Assembly: GCA_946611195.1 (NCBI GenBank)
Contig: CAMODB010000004.1
Coordinates: forward strand, 33 to 64,032
Direction of reading: 5' to 3'
DNA from: an uncultured Bacillota bacterium
Lineage (GTDB): Bacteria; Bacillota_I; Bacilli_A; ML615J-28; CAG-313
Length of the DNA stretch: 64,000 nucleotides
Position numbers and translations under genes: made by a program. Below, in pieces: positions 9,149-20,040 of the stretch. Every line of letters begins with the position of its first letter. Within the stretch, counting starts at the first letter, position 1. Below the pieces are notes generated by a model. It searched no databases, was not told where the DNA came from, and saw only the letters and a program-made list of their open reading frames with translations.

Positions 9149-10570
9149 TTAATATTTAATAACAATTCCTAAAAGAATTAAGCCAATTACAATTATAAAA
9201 TTAATTATAAAGAACCACCAACTCTTTTTTATCCATTTGAAATAATCTAAGCCAATCATCGATAATGATATTAATAATACTGGGGAAGTTGGGAAAATTA
9301 CATTGGTGTAACCATCACCAAAGGTATATAATAATACTAACATTTCTTTTGATAAACCAAGAGTTAATCCTGATAAGATTCCCATAACAAGGATTGCTTT
9401 AGCGGTTGATGAAGAAATAAAGAATTCTAAGACTAGGACAATCAAATAAATAATTAAGGCTAAGAAGATTGGATTTTTGTCTGATGCGTAGATATTAATT
9501 TGATTTATAATAGTTGGCATAATCTTGCCTTCATCAAAGATATATTTAATTGAGGCTGCAAGAGCTATAAAAGCTATGGTAGGTAAGGCTCCTAACAAGC
9601 CTTTTAAAAAGCTTTTAAGAACAAATTTAAAATCTTTTTTTACTAAATATCCACAAAGAAGACCACCAAATAAGAAATAGATAATAAGAATCGGTACACT
9701 ATAACCTCTAATAACTTTAATTAAGGAAACTAAAATTATTAATAGAAGAGCTAAAGATAAGAAGATTAAATAAACAATTCTTATCCTTTTTTCATTATCG
9801 TCTTCTTTTTTATCAGTATCTGTTAATTCGATGTTTAAATCTAAATCATGTTGATAAGTATAACTTTTTAATTTATCTTTTTCTATTTTTCTGATATATA
9901 AAAATATATATGACAAGAGAAATAGAAACATAATTACAAAAATAATTAAACGATAATAAATATGATTTAAAGGATTGATACCGATATATTCAGAGGCAAG
10001 TAGAACCGTAAAGGGATTCGTTATGGCTGACGCAAAACCAAAGCCACAAGAAATAATACAAACTAAAAATCCTGTAAATGAATCATATCCCACCGCAATC
10101 ATTAGAATAGTAATAATCGGTAAAAGTGTTAACATTTCTTCAAAAAGACCTAAGAAGGAACCAAAACACATAAAGACAAAACTAATAATAATGACTAATA
10201 AATGACGATTATCTTTAAATTTATTAGCTATTTTTTTAATTAAGCTTTTAATACCACCAACATCATTCATCACTTGAAAAGAGGAAGATATAATGATGAG
10301 GAAAAGTGACAACATAATTAGATTTAAACCATCATTTGATGTAAAAACTAATATGAAGGAAAATAGACCTTTAAAGATATTAATACCTTTAATATTTGTT
10401 AATTCATGATAATCTTGATAATTAATACTTCCATCACTATTTAAACCAAATTCCCCTTTTTTAATAACATAAGTTAAAATGATTGAGAAAATCATTAAAC
10501 TAGCTAGAAGAATACATACTTGAATAAAGGTTTTTTTAGAGATGTTGAGTAAGCTTTTCTTTGTTTTCAT
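9149..10570 (-). CDS. YfcC-family polytopic membrane transporter
   Basis: About 12 hydrophobic segments. The N-terminal pattern KKTF....ILLASLMIFSIILTYVIKKGEFG resembles YfcC/DcuC-like carriers. The start is uncertain because the ORF overlaps its upstream neighbour by 35 nt. Confidence 0.5.
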   Translation of the reverse strand: MKTKKSLLNISKKTFIQVCILLASLMIFSIILTYVIKKGEFGLNSDGSINYQDYHELTNIKGINIFKGLFSFILVFTSNDGLNLIMLSLFLIIISSSFQVMNDVGGIKSLIKKIANKFKDNRHLLVIIISFVFMCFGSFLGLFEEMLTLLPIITILMIAVGYDSFTGFLVCIISCGFGFASAITNPFTVLLASEYIGINPLNHIYYRLIIFVIMFLFLLSYIFLYIRKIEKDKLKSYTYQHDLDLNIELTDTDKKEDDNEKRIRIVYLIFLSLALLLIILVSLIKVIRGYSVPILIIYFLFGGLLCGYLVKKDFKFVLKSFLKGLLGALPTIAFIALAASIKYIFDEGKIMPTIINQINIYASDKNPIFLALIIYLIVLVLEFFISSSTAKAILVMGILSGLTLGLSKEMLVLLYTFGDGYTNVIFPTSPVLLISLSMIGLDYFKWIKKSWWFFIINFIIVIGLILLGIVIKY

Positions 10571-12413
10571 TTTCTCGTTCCTTAATTAGATCAACAATTA
10601 GAGCCCATCTAACAACTTGTCGTTTATTGGTTGTTGGATAAAAATAATATAATTGATCGTTATAATATAATTCAAATTCTTTATCACAAGAAAAAGGAAG
10701 AGCTAAGAGTTTAGATAATTCAATTTTAAAACTTAGCTTTTTCGATGTAAAACTAAAATAATCTTTGGTTAATTGACAACTACCTTTAAGAGTTTTCTTC
10801 TTATTGGTTTTTTTACCAATAAAGACTTTTGTTTTAACATCACAATTTAAATTAATATCATCTAAATGTTCTTTTTCCATTTCTTTAATTAAAGAATAAT
10901 AAGTATGAATGTCTTTTAATTCTGAATCAAAGGTGTAATGTTCATTAATATGATGACGCACTCCACATTCTGTACAATATAAATCATTATTATGACTTTG
11001 CATTGTATACATCGACTTACAATTTGGACAATAATATAAAATTCTTTCTAAACCTTTTGCTTTATTCTTTTCATGATAAAGATTAGGATTGGTTACATTT
11101 TCATTATAAGTAAGCTCGGTATCAATGATATTATCAATTTCTTCGATTGTTAAATTAGCTAATTCTTCTGGTTTAATAACTCTTGTAACAGTTAAATGCA
11201 TTTCATGTTTTTTGAAGAATTTATCACGCCATTTAGGATTGATAAAATAACCACCATTATTATTAACAAAGACTAAAGGAAGACCTAATTTCTTATAGAA
11301 GGCTCCACTCTTTTCCATAATTGGATAATTAGTTCCATCAATTGATAATCTACCTTCTGGACAGATAATTACTGGATAACCTTTATGAGTGATACGTTTT
11401 AGTTTTAAACCAATTCCCATATCTTTATTGAAGAGTTTCTTCGGAATCGAACCACTCTTTTTAACAACAGTTCTAATACCTGGCATCTTACAATAATATT
11501 CATTACCCACTAATGAGAAATTATTATCAGGATCAATTGATAAATTATAATAAAAATCAAAAGTGGAAACATGATTAGTTAATAAGATATAAGGAGCTTT
11601 GATTTCACTTTCTTTGAAGAGATGATTATCAACTACTAATTTTTGTTTTTTCTTTCTAAAGATATGACATAATTTAATAAAGATTTGGTAGACGACAGAA
11701 TCAGGTGTTCCATCATTTTCTTTAAAATATACTTTATCAAGGAAAATAAAGATAATTAAGAAGAGAAGCGTACCAAGTGAAATAATAATTAGTATCAATA
11801 ACCAAATTGGTAAAGCATTTTCTAAGAAAGCACTAGCCGCATTTCCCATAAGAATTGATGTTAGGATCGATGGTATTACCCCAGTAGAGACTGTTAAGAT
11901 ATATTTAGGATATCTTATTTTTGTACTACTACCATAATAACATATTGCACCAAAAGGAATTAAAGGCATAAAGAATAAGAAATACATAAGTAACATTGTA
12001 CTTTTTTCTTTTTTAATTTTTGATTGTAATTTCTTAATCTTTTCTTCACTCTTTTTATATGTATCATTACTGAATTTAAATGTTCTAATCAAAATAAAGA
12101 TGATGGTAGCTCCTAAACAAACCCCAAAATCACAAAGAAGAATTGATAACCAGAAGGGGTATGAAATACCACTAGTGATTTGAATAAATTCAGCTGGGAT
12201 AAATATTACTACCATTTGTAAGGCTTCAACTAAAGAGACAGCCAAGAAACCAAAAATACTACTATCTCTTAATAACTGACTAGCTTCATCTGGTTTATTT
12301 TGAATTTGATAACGGATAAAGGGAATAACAATGTCTTTTAAAAAGAAAGTAAGTAAGGTTAATACTCCTATTAAACAGACAATTATTATTATTCTACTCA
12401 CTGTTTTTTTCAT
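10536..12413 (-). CDS. Fusion membrane protein: DedA/VTT-like TM domain, PlsC-type acyltransferase and a zinc ribbon
   Basis: NHVSTFD matches the HX4D acyltransferase motif, and CPEGRLS matches the PEGTR-like block. CPNC...CTEC forms the zinc ribbon. The N-terminal half is hydrophobic. Confidence 0.65.
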   Translation of the reverse strand: MKKTVSRIIIIVCLIGVLTLLTFFLKDIVIPFIRYQIQNKPDEASQLLRDSSIFGFLAVSLVEALQMVVIFIPAEFIQITSGISYPFWLSILLCDFGVCLGATIIFILIRTFKFSNDTYKKSEEKIKKLQSKIKKEKSTMLLMYFLFFMPLIPFGAICYYGSSTKIRYPKYILTVSTGVIPSILTSILMGNAASAFLENALPIWLLILIIISLGTLLFLIIFIFLDKVYFKENDGTPDSVVYQIFIKLCHIFRKKKQKLVVDNHLFKESEIKAPYILLTNHVSTFDFYYNLSIDPDNNFSLVGNEYYCKMPGIRTVVKKSGSIPKKLFNKDMGIGLKLKRITHKGYPVIICPEGRLSIDGTNYPIMEKSGAFYKKLGLPLVFVNNNGGYFINPKWRDKFFKKHEMHLTVTRVIKPEELANLTIEEIDNIIDTELTYNENVTNPNLYHEKNKAKGLERILYYCPNCKSMYTMQSHNNDLYCTECGVRHHINEHYTFDSELKDIHTYYSLIKEMEKEHLDDINLNCDVKTKVFIGKKTNKKKTLKGSCQLTKDYFSFTSKKLSFKIELSKLLALPFSCDKEFELYYNDQLYYFYPTTNKRQVVRWALIVDLIKERENENKEKLTQHL

Positions 12414-12481
12414 AATAATTCCTTTTTATAATAATTCTTTTGTATTATATCACAATTTAATAAATTTTGTAACCTTATAGC

Positions 12482-12516
12482 ATAAAAAAGACTTCTTTGA
12501 AAAGCAAAGAAGTCTT
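12482..12516 (-). terminator. Rho-independent terminator after the M6 protease gene
   Basis: A 12-bp stem: AAGACTTCTTTG (12488-12499) pairs with CAAAGAAGTCTT (12505-12516). TTTTTT follows on the minus strand. Confidence 0.75.
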
Positions 12517-12522
12517 ATATTT

Positions 12523-15500
12523 TTAATATACGATTTCTAATTCAACACTTGATGATGATAAAGATTTGACATTTAAAGTTCCACTTGTTGTACCATCATA
12601 CCAAGCAAAATTAAAGGAATCTCCCGCAACAAATAAATCATCATCGCTAACAATATAATCAGCATTTGAATAAATCTCATCAGATTCTCTTGGAATTAAT
12701 TGAATCTTTTTACGATTGGTTGTACCATTATCATACTTAAATATTGTGAAGCAATCGTGATAATCATCTAAATTATCAACTAATGATTGATCAATATGAA
12801 GAATCATTAAACCACTCTTAGATGGAAGACCACAATTTTCTTGACATTTAAGTTCATTTTCTTTCGTTGGTGTGTATAATGCGACTATATAATATTCATC
12901 AAAATAAGTAGCTGTACCATTCTTACTAATGATTAACGCATCACCAAAATCAGTGAAGGATTTTAAAGTAACATTAACATCTTTTTCATAAACATAACTT
13001 GGATTAATCCAGCCAAGTAAAGCTTTTGAGAATGGATCATGGTCACCTTGATTATAATCCATCATAAACATACCACCAGTACCACCAGTTGTACCCTTTT
13101 TTAAATCAAAATCATAATAATCATCAAGACCTAAGGCATGACCAGATTCATGGATAGCTGTTTCAACATTGATTTTTACATCAATATCACTAGATATCTT
13201 TTCATCAAAGAATTCATAACTGAACCATAGATAATAATCAAGACCTACACCATCAAATTTAGGATCATCTTCTTCATTGTCAACCATATAATTATAACAA
13301 TATGCCCACCAAAGATCAGTATTACCATCATATGGAGCAAGATATACTAAATAAACACAATCAATATAACCATCATTATTTTGATCATATAAACTATAAT
13401 CAATTTGGTCATCATAATAAGCAATAGCTTCTCTAAAATATTTATAATCTAAATCTCCAGTTGTACCACTTGACAAATCATATTTTTCACCAGTATTGTA
13501 TGGGTCAAGTACTTCTGCATGTAAATTTAATTTACCATAAGAAGTTTCTTTGTAATAACCACTTAAAGAATACCAACCTGTTTCTTCATTTGTTCCATTA
13601 AAAGCAGTTTCAATACGACTTAAATCGTAATTTTTCGAATTAGTAAATTTAATAGGAATTACTAATACATTAACATCACCACTACTTGGTAAACCAGTCT
13701 TATAATATTTTTCATTACTATCAAGTAATTGATTTAAAGTTGTAAAACTAACACTAGGATTATAACGTTTTTCAATAACATTAACAATAATAATAATTGT
13801 ATCTTCGCCGATTGTAAAATTAACATTATAAGAACCAATTTCGTCTTTATTGTAATTTGTTTCGTATTCTAAATCAGAAAATTTATAACTTTCCTTAGTT
13901 TTAATATTGGTAATTACTAAATCAGCTAAAACATCAGCTAATTCAAGTCCTTTATCAACATTATATTTAGTTTTAGATGCTTCATATTTGAGTCCTGCGC
14001 CAACCATTGTTTGATCAGTTAAGACTAATTGAACATTTGTTTTAAAGACTTGAACAGCTACATGTTGAATATTTAATATATCGCCTTCAGTAAAGGAAGC
14101 TACTAATTGACTGAAAGTATCAGCACTACCTTTTTTAACAAAGAAAGATATCTTATTACCAAAATTATCTACTAAATTTAAAGTTGTGTCTTTTGTTGTT
14201 GAAACACTTAATGATTCAAAATATACTTGATTTAAATTTAATACTTCACCCATATTACTTGAAGTAATATTTGAAACATCTGAATATTCATTATAGGCCA
14301 TTTCATAAGCATCAACAACACTTAATTTTGTTTCATCAGGTTTAATTTCATATAAATTATTGTAGATATCAATTGTACCGCTAACACTTACAACATCGCC
14401 AACATTAAAACTATCAATAAAGCTTGATCCTTTATTTAGATACATTACAATATTCTTATTTCCATCAGTTAAATAAACATAATTACCAGAAAAACCTGCT
14501 ACAGCCGCAACAATATTTTCTACAGTGCTACCACTAGATAATGAATATAATTTAGATAAATCCGATAAACCATCAATAGTTGGTGATGGTGTACTTTCTG
14601 GCCAAGTAAAATCAGTTGTTCCAAAATTATAAAATTCCATTAAATCGTGGTATAAACTAACTGTATCATTGGAAGTATAATTATAATCATATTCAATATT
14701 TTTGATTTGATAATTATTGTTTATTTTTTCTAATCTAACTGTGAAATTTAAATATTCATAATGAATCTTATAACTATCATCTTCATAGTCTAAATCACCA
14801 AGAATCTTTTTTACATCACTTATATATTCGGTCTTTAACTTGTAAGTTAATTCATCTACTTTTTCAAAATGTTCATCATTTGCTTCTAAAAGCATATCGA
14901 AGTAGAAGAAATAAACGGAAGTAAAATAATCTAAAATTTCATTGATATTAGTACTTACTTCGCCATCATAATCATTAGCGGCTTTAATTACATTACCTTC
15001 AGAATCAGTTTCAAAATAATAATAATCAGTTGTTGAATATTCAGTATCAGAATATGATTCTGTTACTTTAAATTCATTGGCATTCTTTAATTCAAATAAT
15101 ACTTCACAATTATAATTATCACCCTTAGATGTTAATTTCATTGTTAGATTATCTTTATCGTATAACGCATTAAAGGCGTTTTCTAATACTTTAGTCTCAT
15201 CTACGATTGGACTTTCATCCTTTTTTAAGACGGTAAAAGTAACAATATCAGAATATTTATTTTCATTATAACTTAAAGTGATTTTTACATCAACACTAGT
15301 ATCTACATCTTGTCTTACTACTTTACCAGTATTAGATATTACTTTTACATTCCTTGATAAATAGGTGATGTTCACACCATCAACTTCTGTTTTAAAATTT
15401 AAATCTTCTGTTACTTTGTTCACATCAATGTCACTAAATAAGGCATTGAATATCTTTTCTAAATCTTTATCTTCACCTGTATTATTATTAATATTACTGA

Positions 15501-15564
15501 AGTCACAAGAGAAGAGTGAAAAAGAAACAAATAATATTAAAATTAAATTTATAATTTTTTTCAT
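12523..15564 (-). CDS. Lipoprotein with a C-terminal M6 (InhA-like) zinc metalloprotease domain
   Basis: Lipobox LFSC. HESGHALGLDDYYD matches HExxHxxGxxD of peptidase M6. An N-terminal Ig-like domain carries the pattern GVNITYLS..V.VISNTGKV. Confidence 0.7.
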   Translation of the reverse strand: MKKIINLILILFVSFSLFSCDFSNINNNTGEDKDLEKIFNALFSDIDVNKVTEDLNFKTEVDGVNITYLSRNVKVISNTGKVVRQDVDTSVDVKITLSYNENKYSDIVTFTVLKKDESPIVDETKVLENAFNALYDKDNLTMKLTSKGDNYNCEVLFELKNANEFKVTESYSDTEYSTTDYYYFETDSEGNVIKAANDYDGEVSTNINEILDYFTSVYFFYFDMLLEANDEHFEKVDELTYKLKTEYISDVKKILGDLDYEDDSYKIHYEYLNFTVRLEKINNNYQIKNIEYDYNYTSNDTVSLYHDLMEFYNFGTTDFTWPESTPSPTIDGLSDLSKLYSLSSGSTVENIVAAVAGFSGNYVYLTDGNKNIVMYLNKGSSFIDSFNVGDVVSVSGTIDIYNNLYEIKPDETKLSVVDAYEMAYNEYSDVSNITSSNMGEVLNLNQVYFESLSVSTTKDTTLNLVDNFGNKISFFVKKGSADTFSQLVASFTEGDILNIQHVAVQVFKTNVQLVLTDQTMVGAGLKYEASKTKYNVDKGLELADVLADLVITNIKTKESYKFSDLEYETNYNKDEIGSYNVNFTIGEDTIIIIVNVIEKRYNPSVSFTTLNQLLDSNEKYYKTGLPSSGDVNVLVIPIKFTNSKNYDLSRIETAFNGTNEETGWYSLSGYYKETSYGKLNLHAEVLDPYNTGEKYDLSSGTTGDLDYKYFREAIAYYDDQIDYSLYDQNNDGYIDCVYLVYLAPYDGNTDLWWAYCYNYMVDNEEDDPKFDGVGLDYYLWFSYEFFDEKISSDIDVKINVETAIHESGHALGLDDYYDFDLKKGTTGGTGGMFMMDYNQGDHDPFSKALLGWINPSYVYEKDVNVTLKSFTDFGDALIISKNGTATYFDEYYIVALYTPTKENELKCQENCGLPSKSGLMILHIDQSLVDNLDDYHDCFTIFKYDNGTTNRKKIQLIPRESDEIYSNADYIVSDDDLFVAGDSFNFAWYDGTTSGTLNVKSLSSSSVELEIVY

Positions 15565-15753
15565 AAAAACCTTCCTTCTTTTAATCCTTACGAATTATAT
15601 CATATTTCCCTTTTTAAAACTATTAATTTATTAAAAAAAATGATTACATAAATATTTTTATTTTTTAAATATTTCCTATGCATTATAATAATAAAATCAA
15701 AAAAATTATAAATTTTTAAAAATCTTGATATAATGTTTACAAAGGAGTAAGTT

Positions 15754-16908
15754 ATGAATTACAAATTAGATAATGCTGTTTTATACCTTTTTATTAAAGG
15801 AGAAATCAATTCCACTACTAGTAGTGAGATAGAAAAAGATCTTGAAGAAACAATCAAAGATAAGAATTTTTCTAAACTTGTTTTAGACTTTAAAGAAGTA
15901 ACATATGTATCAAGTGCTGGTCTAAGAATCATTCTTAAACTAAAACAAAAATATAATGATACATCTATTCAAAATGTATCATTAGAAGTTTATGATATCT
16001 TACAAATGACTGGTTTTACAAACCTCATGACCATAAGAAAAGTCTTAAATACCATTGATGTTTCTAACGCAACAATCATTGGTGATGGATATTTTTCCAT
16101 TGTTTATCGAATTGATAAAGATACTATTATCAAAGTTTTTAAGGAAGATTGTAGTATTGAAAATGTCGAAAGAGAATTAAATCTCGCTAAACAGGCTTTT
16201 ATTTTAGGTATTCCTACCGCTATTTCTTTTGATGTCGTACTTGTTAATAATCATTATGGTGTACGATTTGAAATGTTGGATGCGGTAAGTTTAAGAGATT
16301 TATTCAGAGATAACGCTGATAAATTTGATGAATATATTATTAAATATGCAAATCTTGTTAAGAAGATTAATACAACAATTACGATTGATAATCATTTACC
16401 AGATACTAAATTAGAATGGATAAAAAAATTAGAATTTATTAAAGATAAAATCGATAATAATCTTTATTTAAAAGCTTTAAAACTTTTAAATAGTATTGAA
16501 GATCGTTCTACTTTTGTTCATGGTGATTGTCATATTAAAAACATCATGGTTCAAGATAATGAATTATTACTTATTGATATGGATACTTTATCAAGAGGAC
16601 ATCCTATCTTTGAATTAGCAGCTGTTTATGCCCCATATGTAGCATTTGAAGAAGATGAAAAAGGTAATACTGAACGTTTCTTTGGTATCAGTCATGAATT
16701 AGCTTTAAAAATCTATGATGGTTTGTTAAAAAATTATTTACCAATATATAGTGAAGAAAACAAAGAAAAGATTCAAATTGTATCATATATTCATATGTTA
16801 TGGTGGAATCAAATTAATGAACCGAATAATGTGGTACGTTTTAATGGCTGTTTAAATCGACTATTAAATCTAATTGATAAATATGATGATCTTAATATAG
16901 GACTATAA
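15754..16908 (+). CDS. STAS (anti-sigma antagonist) domain fused to an APH/choline-kinase-like protein kinase domain
   Basis: STAS motif VTYVSSAGLRIILKL. Kinase-like motifs GDGYFSIVY..IIKVFK and HGDCHIKNIMV...LIDMD. AAGGAG SD before the ATG. Confidence 0.7.
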   Translation: MNYKLDNAVLYLFIKGEINSTTSSEIEKDLEETIKDKNFSKLVLDFKEVTYVSSAGLRIILKLKQKYNDTSIQNVSLEVYDILQMTGFTNLMTIRKVLNTIDVSNATIIGDGYFSIVYRIDKDTIIKVFKEDCSIENVERELNLAKQAFILGIPTAISFDVVLVNNHYGVRFEMLDAVSLRDLFRDNADKFDEYIIKYANLVKKINTTITIDNHLPDTKLEWIKKLEFIKDKIDNNLYLKALKLLNSIEDRSTFVHGDCHIKNIMVQDNELLLIDMDTLSRGHPIFELAAVYAPYVAFEEDEKGNTERFFGISHELALKIYDGLLKNYLPIYSEENKEKIQIVSYIHMLWWNQINEPNNVVRFNGCLNRLLNLIDKYDDLNIGL

Positions 16909-16909
16909 T

Positions 16910-18745
16910 ATGGAAGAAAAGAATAAAGCCTTTTTGGAAAATGAGATTGATGCGAATAAACAATTAGTTAAATCGATGGTTTTTGCGGCTATCTTGTTAT
17001 TTTTAATGTGGATTGGCTATCTAACTCATCTTTTTAAACTTAATAGTTATACCTCAATTAATATCTTTTTTCCAATTAATATAATTATTTGTTTGAGTTC
17101 TATAATTTGGTCAAAGACTAAATATTTTTATAAAGCTGATTTTAAATATTTCTTATTGTTTAATTTTTTGGTTGTCATAATGATTTTAAATATCATTGTA
17201 CCAAAGCATGGAATTCTTGGTTGGGCAGTATGTATTATTTTAGCTAATCATTATTATGATCCAAAATGTGGTAGAATTATTTTTATCACTAGTTTTGTCG
17301 CAATGCTGCTATGTATTTATCTAGGTATGTTTTTAGGTGAATATGATCCAAACCTCCTTGGTAGTGGTAAAGTAGTAGATGGAGTTATTTATCAACCAGA
17401 TACTATTAAAGAGCGATTTGATTTTATAAATGAAAAGATCCAAAATGGGGAAAACCGTTATTTAAAAGTCTTCTTATATTATTATTTATCAAGAGCTTTC
17501 TTCTTAACTATTATCTTCTTTATCAGCAATGGTTTAAATATTCGGACCTTTAAATTATTAGAAAAGGAAGTTGATGAAGCAAACACTAAAAAACAAATTG
17601 AAACTGAACTTAATGTTGCGAAAGAGATTCAATTAAATGCTCTTCCTGCTACTTTTATTAATAATAAAAAATTAGAAATATTAGGGGAATTGAATCCGGC
17701 CAAAGATGTAGGTGGTGATTTATATGATTACCTTATTCTTGATGAAGATAATGTAGCTTTCTTAATCGGTGATGTTTCTGGTAAAGGTATTCCGGCTGCC
17801 ATGTTTATGATGAAAACTATTACTTGTTTTAAGAATTTAACAACTATTGATAAATCACCAGCACAAATTCTATATGAAATCAATAATGCCTTATATTTAA
17901 ATAATGCGTCATCAATGTTTGTCACTGCTTTCTTAGGTATTATTAATACTAAAACAGGACTATTACGATATGCTAATGCTGCTCATAATAAGCCAATACT
18001 AAAAAGAGATAAAATAGCCTATTTTATTCCAAGTGAGGCTGGTTTCTTACTTGGTGGATTTGAAAATATGTCATACACTGATCAAGAATTACAATTAGTT
18101 CCGGGAGATTTAATTTCATTATATACAGATGGGGTAACTGAAGCAAGAAATGCGAATGGAGAATTTTATACCGAAAATCGTTTAATCCATTTCTTTAATA
18201 AATTTAATTTTGCCTCACCTATTGAACTACATTTTGAACTTAAAGATTCAATTCAAGAATTTACGAATGGTTTTGAACAAAGCGATGATATAACATTACT
18301 TACTATTGCATATATAATGGATGAAAAATCAAACCATGAAATTCTTGTTAATTCCAGCACTAGTAACGTTAATGAATTATTAGAATTTTGTAAGAAGTGT
18401 ATTGATGAAGAAAACATCAAGAAAGAAATTATTAATGATGTATCCATCGTTATTGATGAAATAGCCTCTAATATTTTTAAATATGCTTATCAAAATGAAA
18501 ATGGACCAATTTATTTAAGATTTCAACATAATATAACTAAACACTTAATCCGTTTAACTTTTGTTGATAAAGGCCAATATTTTAATATTTTAGATAGTAA
18601 TAATAAAGCTTTAGATGAAAATTATCATGATAAAAAAGCTGGTGGTTTAGGAATCTTAATTGTAAAAAATCTAGCTCAAGAAATATCTTATAATCGCAGT
18701 AATAATAAAAACATTGTTACTATCACTTTAGATTTAAATAAATAA
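16910..18745 (+). CDS. Membrane sensor, PP2C/SpoIIE phosphatase and RsbW-like HATPase kinase fusion
   Basis: About 6 N-terminal TM segments. GDVSGKGIPAAMFM and LYTDGVTEA are SpoIIE motifs. IASNIFKYA and GGLGILIVKNL are the HATPase N and G boxes. The start lies 1 nt after the upstream stop. Confidence 0.7.
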   Translation: MEEKNKAFLENEIDANKQLVKSMVFAAILLFLMWIGYLTHLFKLNSYTSINIFFPINIIICLSSIIWSKTKYFYKADFKYFLLFNFLVVIMILNIIVPKHGILGWAVCIILANHYYDPKCGRIIFITSFVAMLLCIYLGMFLGEYDPNLLGSGKVVDGVIYQPDTIKERFDFINEKIQNGENRYLKVFLYYYLSRAFFLTIIFFISNGLNIRTFKLLEKEVDEANTKKQIETELNVAKEIQLNALPATFINNKKLEILGELNPAKDVGGDLYDYLILDEDNVAFLIGDVSGKGIPAAMFMMKTITCFKNLTTIDKSPAQILYEINNALYLNNASSMFVTAFLGIINTKTGLLRYANAAHNKPILKRDKIAYFIPSEAGFLLGGFENMSYTDQELQLVPGDLISLYTDGVTEARNANGEFYTENRLIHFFNKFNFASPIELHFELKDSIQEFTNGFEQSDDITLLTIAYIMDEKSNHEILVNSSTSNVNELLEFCKKCIDEENIKKEIINDVSIVIDEIASNIFKYAYQNENGPIYLRFQHNITKHLIRLTFVDKGQYFNILDSNNKALDENYHDKKAGGLGILIVKNLAQEISYNRSNNKNIVTITLDLNK

Positions 18746-18747
18746 AA

Positions 18748-18776
18748 AATGATTTGACAAATATTGTCAAATCATT
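18748..18776. terminator. Bidirectional terminator between convergent genes
   Basis: A 13-bp stem: AATGATTTGACAA pairs with TTGTCAAATCATT. A/T runs lie on both sides. Confidence 0.75.
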
Positions 18777-18783
18777 TTCTTTT

Positions 18784-19116
18784 TTAAATTAACATTACAA
18801 TTGCTTGATTTAGGAATGACACACCTACTGCAATCATTATTACATAAAGTAAAATTCCTGCAGCTAGTGATACAAAGAAAGTAATTAAAGCAGCTTTTTT
18901 TGCTTTTTTATCACCAATAACCAAAACAATAATTAAGCCAATAAGACCTAAGAAGAAAGCAAGAACAAAACCTAAAGCTCCTCCTGTGATAGATTTATTA
19001 GCATCTTCATCTGCTGGTTGTTGAGATTGTTTTCCTGAATCTTGTAAATCCATTCCACATTTTGGGCAGTAGCGTTGATTATCATCAACTTCAGTACCAC
19101 AGTTTTTGCAAAACAT
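18784..19116 (-). CDS. Zinc-ribbon membrane protein
   Basis: CKNCG...CPKCG zinc ribbon followed by two TM helices. GGAGGAATAAGA-ATG SD. Confidence 0.6.
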   Translation of the reverse strand: MFCKNCGTEVDDNQRYCPKCGMDLQDSGKQSQQPADEDANKSITGGALGFVLAFFLGLIGLIIVLVIGDKKAKKAALITFFVSLAAGILLYVIMIAVGVSFLNQAIVMLI

Positions 19117-19185
19117 TCTTATTCCTCCATTATTAAGATACTTTATTATAACATTTTTTTATTTATTTGTTAATAATTATTGCTT

Positions 19186-20040
19186 CTAAATATATAGTAT
19201 TAGTGGTTCATATTTATATATTTTATCACCATTCGTATCGATATAATAAGTCTTATTAACAATAGTATCTTTATCAAAAACATGTAAATAATTTTTATCT
19301 GAATATAATTTCTTATCATATCCAATATCATTTAATGATTGATTATCTAAATCATATACACTTTCAACTACATGTTGAATAATTTTTTTTGTGGTGTTAT
19401 TACTTTGAATTTTAACGTACTCACGAACGATAATTACATTACCATATAAATAATTATAGTCTTTCTTTGTTAAATTAAAATCATTTATTTTAATATTTTC
19501 AAAACTCAAATCATTAGGAAAGCTATAGATATCAGTATTAAGAATCTTAACATTATAAGATATATCATTACTAGAATCAAATACTATCTTTTTAAGATTA
19601 GGAAATGATTTATCAAAATTAAGATGTGAAACATCAATATTTGCTCCTATATGTAATTCTTCTACTTTATCACTATAAACAGTTGGTAATATACTATTAA
19701 CTTTTAAAGGTTTGTCTGAACAAAACTTACTTTTATTCCATTTTAAATATTTATTTTCCTCATTTATTGGATAAGATTTTTCCATAAATAATACTTTTTT
19801 ATCCGTCTTGATTTTTGATATAACAATATCGTTATTAGTACTATCATAATAAGCAGGTTTAAATACGAATTCATCATTTTCAAATTCTAATGAGTTATCA
19901 AAAACCAATCCATCAGCATTTGATGATTTATAAATAATACTTCTATGATAAGTATGATCAAATGAATTCATATAGATAAAAGTGGAAATTAATGGTGCCA
20001 ATAAATTCATTATAATAAGTAATCTTATTATTTTTTTCAT
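19186..20040 (-). CDS. Cassette 1 gene C: N-terminally anchored hypothetical protein
   Basis: N-terminal hydrophobic anchor. Mosaic similarity to 21684-22625, with shared blocks SILPTVYSDKVEELHIG, SFPNLKKIV, DLDNQSLNDI and DTNGDKIYKYEPL. Confidence 0.6.
   Translation of the reverse strand: MKKIIRLLIIMNLLAPLISTFIYMNSFDHTYHRSIIYKSSNADGLVFDNSLEFENDEFVFKPAYYDSTNNDIVISKIKTDKKVLFMEKSYPINEENKYLKWNKSKFCSDKPLKVNSILPTVYSDKVEELHIGANIDVSHLNFDKSFPNLKKIVFDSSNDISYNVKILNTDIYSFPNDLSFENIKINDFNLTKKDYNYLYGNVIIVREYVKIQSNNTTKKIIQHVVESVYDLDNQSLNDIGYDKKLYSDKNYLHVFDKDTIVNKTYYIDTNGDKIYKYEPLILYI

Noticed and set aside
3436-10205. Short plus-strand ORFs at 3436-3639, 5850-6053, 7262-7465, 8394-8606 and 9975-10205. Similar ones occur later at 17728-17925, 18253-18447, 24678-24866, 26158-26676, 35394-35591, 51266-51544, 53444-53977, 55910-56113, 57050-57316 and 62901-63157.
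   Set aside because: All lie antisense inside long, motif-supported genes. Their sizes are those expected by chance in AT-rich DNA.
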